Positions 61,787-64,000 of a stretch of 64,000 nucleotides of DNA are shown one piece after another. The position numbers were made by a program, and so were the translations under genes. The DNA is taken from IMG/VR virus record IMGVR_UViG_3300045988_131275, positions 116,170 through 180,169 of that record; one strand, written 5' to 3'. Origin of the DNA: a virus. How positions within the stretch are numbered: position 1 is the first letter of the stretch; the number at the start of each line of letters is the position of its first letter. The notes beneath the pieces were generated by a model that ran no database searches, was not told the origin of the DNA, and worked only from the letters and a program-made list of their open reading frames with translations.

Positions 61787-62542
61787 ATGAAGAAAAGCTT
61801 ACTCAAGGTAAAAAATACAATCACATTTGAAGATAAACTCAATGCAATTGATCTCATTCTTGGTTCATTTTGGGATGATAACACAGGAGAATATATTCCG
61901 TGGATGGAAGAACCTGCGAGAATTATTGCCGTTGCAAAATATTTTATTGAAGGATATGAACTTGAAAAAGGAGAAAATCTGTATAAGTTATATCTTTCAG
62001 ACGATGATTTAAAAGGTCTGGTTGATAATTTTATTAATCCTGACACTGATTCAAGAAATGGAAGTTATAAAAGATATATTAAGGTTATGGATTTTGTAGA
62101 TGAAATGGTTCATGACAAACTTGAATGGACTAAGCAGAATATCATTCATGTACATCCAGATATGGATAAAATTGTAGAATGTGCAAATGTCATTATTGAT
62201 TCGTTTAAAAATTTTGCTAATCTTGACCTTACTGCTCTCACACCAGAAATGATTGAGAATGGGAAAACATTTATTGATAAATTAAAAGAAACTGGTTTTG
62301 ATGTTTCACCAGAGAATCTTACTAAGATTGTAAAAGATGCTGCCGCTTTTGATATCGACAAAGCAAGCCAAGATATTATTGATGCTAAGAATGAGCAGAT
62401 TAAGAAATTACAAGAAGAAAATCGAGAACTCAAAAAAGTTAAAGGAAATTTTAGTGCTAGAAATGTAATGAATGATGGTTCTGGTAATAAAAACAATAAC
62501 AAGACTGGAACTAAAGTAACAACAATGGATAAAAAGAAATAA
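61787..62542 (+). CDS. hypothetical protein (coiled-coil C-terminus)
   Basis: ORF track. AGGAGAAG SD. Confidence 0.55.
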   Translation: MKKSLLKVKNTITFEDKLNAIDLILGSFWDDNTGEYIPWMEEPARIIAVAKYFIEGYELEKGENLYKLYLSDDDLKGLVDNFINPDTDSRNGSYKRYIKVMDFVDEMVHDKLEWTKQNIIHVHPDMDKIVECANVIIDSFKNFANLDLTALTPEMIENGKTFIDKLKETGFDVSPENLTKIVKDAAAFDIDKASQDIIDAKNEQIKKLQEENRELKKVKGNFSARNVMNDGSGNKNNNKTGTKVTTMDKKK

Positions 62543-62593
62543 AAATTAACATTTGATACTGGTAAAATATTTCGCCACACCAGTTCTCAACTA

Positions 62594-62683
62594 TTAGCGT
62601 GAAACGTGATCGTAAATATTTAAGCCCACGTTTACCATATTTACCACTAAGCTAATTAGTGATATTACAATACCGTAATTCAT
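62594..62683 (-). CDS. 29-aa hydrophobic peptide, type I toxin-like
   Basis: GGAGG (62694-62698) 10 nt before ATG at 62683. MNYGIVISLISLVVNMVNVGLNIYDHVSR. Opposite strand to all surrounding genes, with its own promoter and a ~170-nt structured leader. Confidence 0.5.
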   Translation of the reverse strand: MNYGIVISLISLVVNMVNVGLNIYDHVSR

Positions 62684-62858
62684 GTATGTATACCTCCTTA
62701 CCAAAATAATATATCTATGATAAAAAGTCATAGAAACTTTCAGCGTAGAGGATATGGGTTCACGCCTGCCCGTAGGCGACCGCATAGTTGAGAAACTGGT
62801 TCCCTGAGAATGGAAGTACATTCTCAAGATATCTTTTGAATATCTCCACCCAAGGAAT

Positions 62859-62887
62859 ATTTTACCAGATTATATTATGTAGTTCAA
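62859..62887 (-). promoter_or_regulatory. sigmaA-type promoter (TTGAAC-17-TAAAAT) for the reverse-strand peptide transcript
   Basis: Reverse strand: TTGAAC (62887-62882), 17-nt spacer, TAAAAT (62864-62859). Confidence 0.6.
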
Positions 62888-62912
62888 TACAGAACATTTG
62901 TTTAAGAAGAGT

Positions 62913-62926
62913 ACTACTCTTCTATC
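62913..62926 (+). repeat. ACTACTCTTCTATC copy of the dispersed motif
   Basis: Near-palindrome AGAAGAGTA-C-TACTCTTCT. About 20 nt upstream of the GGAGG of 62946..63311. Confidence 0.4.
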
Positions 62927-62945
62927 TCATATGGAGGAAATTATT

Positions 62946-63311
62946 ATGGGAATAATTATGGATGCAATTGATGCACAAATTATTAGACCAAGAGTTGAAG
63001 CTGCTGAACAAGAAGGTTTTCAAATGACTCAGACAGATATTCAGAATTTTTATTCAAGTGGATCGCCTGTAAAATATATCAGAACTGGGACATATGAAAG
63101 TTCACCCCGTTCATCTGGTGTATCTGGTGGTAACGGAAATTACCATTATGATATTCATTTGAATGTAGCGGAATATCCCTACGGACAACATAGTGGTTTG
63201 CAGATTATGACAGATATCCAAAACAATGGTAGCGGAGTTTTGGGTACTCCTGGCACATGGGATGATGCTGTACAAGATATTATAGAAGCCGTAAAAGCTA
63301 ATTTTAGCTAA
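62946..63311 (+). CDS. hypothetical structural-module protein
   Basis: ORF track 62898..63311. ATG at 62946 (MGIIMDAIDAQ) follows GGAGGAAATTATT. Confidence 0.55.
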   Translation: MGIIMDAIDAQIIRPRVEAAEQEGFQMTQTDIQNFYSSGSPVKYIRTGTYESSPRSSGVSGGNGNYHYDIHLNVAEYPYGQHSGLQIMTDIQNNGSGVLGTPGTWDDAVQDIIEAVKANFS

Positions 63312-63590
63312 GAGGTTAGCCACCAAGAATCTATAAGAAATGTCATAAACCTTTATCAGAGAGTTTAATCCAAGACTCAAGATTAGGAAGTTATCTTACC
63401 TATTTGGTAAGGATCGCCAATGCTCTGACACATGTTCCCATCTTTGCAGACGAAAACGCCAGTAGGCATTGACATGTACTATGTATGGGTAAGCACACAT
63501 AAACATGTAATCACCTTCCTTTCCTTAATATTTGCATATCTTGGAAAACTTGGTGGCTTAGATATGGAACAGATACGTTCCACGATTGGT

Positions 63591-63619
63591 ATTATAACAT
63601 ACTTTGTGGAACGTATCAA
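63591..63619 (-). promoter_or_regulatory. consensus-like sigmaA promoter (TTGATA-17-TATAAT) embedded in a 12-bp inverted repeat
   Basis: Reverse strand: TTGATA (63619-63614), 17-nt spacer, TATAAT (63596-63591). Flanked by GATACGTTCCAC (63572-63583) / GTGGAACGTATC (63606-63617). Confidence 0.6.
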
Positions 63620-63700
63620 ATAAAAATAATGCAACAATTAAACAAAAATGAATTCTAAATTTCATCGTGCGATATTTAGACAATTCAAGAAGTATAGTTT

Positions 63701-63731
63701 ACTCTCCTTTCTTTCGGAGAGTTTTATTTTT
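63701..63731 (+). terminator. hairpin plus T-run containing an ACTCTCC motif copy
   Basis: ACTCTCC (63701-63707) / GGAGAGT (63716-63722), then TTTTATTTTT. Immediately upstream of the RBS of the next gene. Confidence 0.5.
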
Positions 63732-63754
63732 GTAAGAAAGGAGAATAAATTATT

Positions 63755-64000
63755 ATGGGAGCACAATTTCAAGTTGACGTAAGTGTTGTTACTCATGGTG
63801 CGGAAAAAGTCAATGAGCTTGAACAGAAATTAAGTAAAATGCAAAATAAACCTGTATCTGTTAACTTTCAGGTTAAAGGGCAAAAGCAGCTTACTAATTT
63901 AATGAACCAAATTAAACAAGTTCAAAATATGCTTAAAGGTATTCCTACCCCAAATATACCGAATAATAATTTACCCAGAAATAACAATCCTGGTAGAAAC
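63755..64000 (+). CDS. 5' part of a large ORF running off the right edge (possible tape-measure protein)
   Basis: AAAGGAGAA SD, then ATG at 63755. MGAQFQVDVSVVTHGAEKVNELEQKLSKMQNKP.. is open to base 64000. Position after the tail genes suggests a tape measure. Confidence 0.45.
   Translation, partial: MGAQFQVDVSVVTHGAEKVNELEQKLSKMQNKPVSVNFQVKGQKQLTNLMNQIKQVQNMLKGIPTPNIPNNNLPRNNNPGRN

Noticed and set aside
63432-63623. 63-aa plus-strand ORF (MFPSLQTKTPVGIDMYYVWV...) as a holin-like membrane protein
   Set aside because: Neither the first ATG nor the internal ATGs have an SD. The ORF spans the reverse-strand promoter and inverted repeat. The region is better explained as a reverse-strand small transcription unit.
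1-64000. Possible stop-codon reassignment or alternative genetic code
   Set aside because: Long genes (terminase 572 aa, portal 570 aa, RNAP-like 922 aa, capsid) read through uninterrupted under the standard bacterial code, so nothing requires recoding. The odd tRNA at 67-139 alone is insufficient evidence.

Overview
AT-rich genome segment of a tailed phage or prophage with Firmicutes-style signals (GGAGG Shine-Dalgarno sites, TTGACA-17-TATAAT promoters, hairpin plus T-run terminators).

Layout:
- 1-22.8 kb: about 65 small leftward early-type genes. Recognisable ones are a MazF toxin, an XRE regulator, a tyrosine integrase, a solo TnpB, and two Arc-like RHH / antisense sRNA / antirepressor cassettes.
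- 22.8-23.7 kb: divergent control region with palindromic operators.
- 24.4-26.9 kb: ORF-free region with mirrored strand composition. The left part is almost C-free and the right part almost G-free.
- 26.9-45.5 kb: rightward replication, nucleotide and transcription module. It holds an AntA antirepressor, a wHTH initiator-like protein, dCMP deaminase, a CoiA-like nuclease, a 922-aa YonO/RdRP-like RNA polymerase, tRNA-Met, PIN-PhoH, a ClpP-like protease, a metallophosphoesterase, HU, a second tyrosine recombinase and a DUF262 protein.
- 45.8-64 kb: morphogenesis module (GIY-YIG endonuclease, terminase, portal, scaffold, capsid, tail genes, RecU-like resolvase, start of a tape-measure-like gene). 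It is interrupted by two reverse-strand small transcription units that resemble type I toxin loci.

Most unusual candidates:
1. The two-barrel single-subunit RNAP together with a conserved ACTACTCTYCTAT hairpin motif at about 12 intergenic sites.
2. The 2.5-kb compositionally mirrored non-coding region and its TTTAGGT..ACCTAAA palindrome family.
3. The duplicated P22 immI-like cassettes.
4. A family of 22-26 aa hydrophobic micro-ORFs that the ORF track misses.

All calls come from reading the sequence and recalled family motifs. No database search was run.
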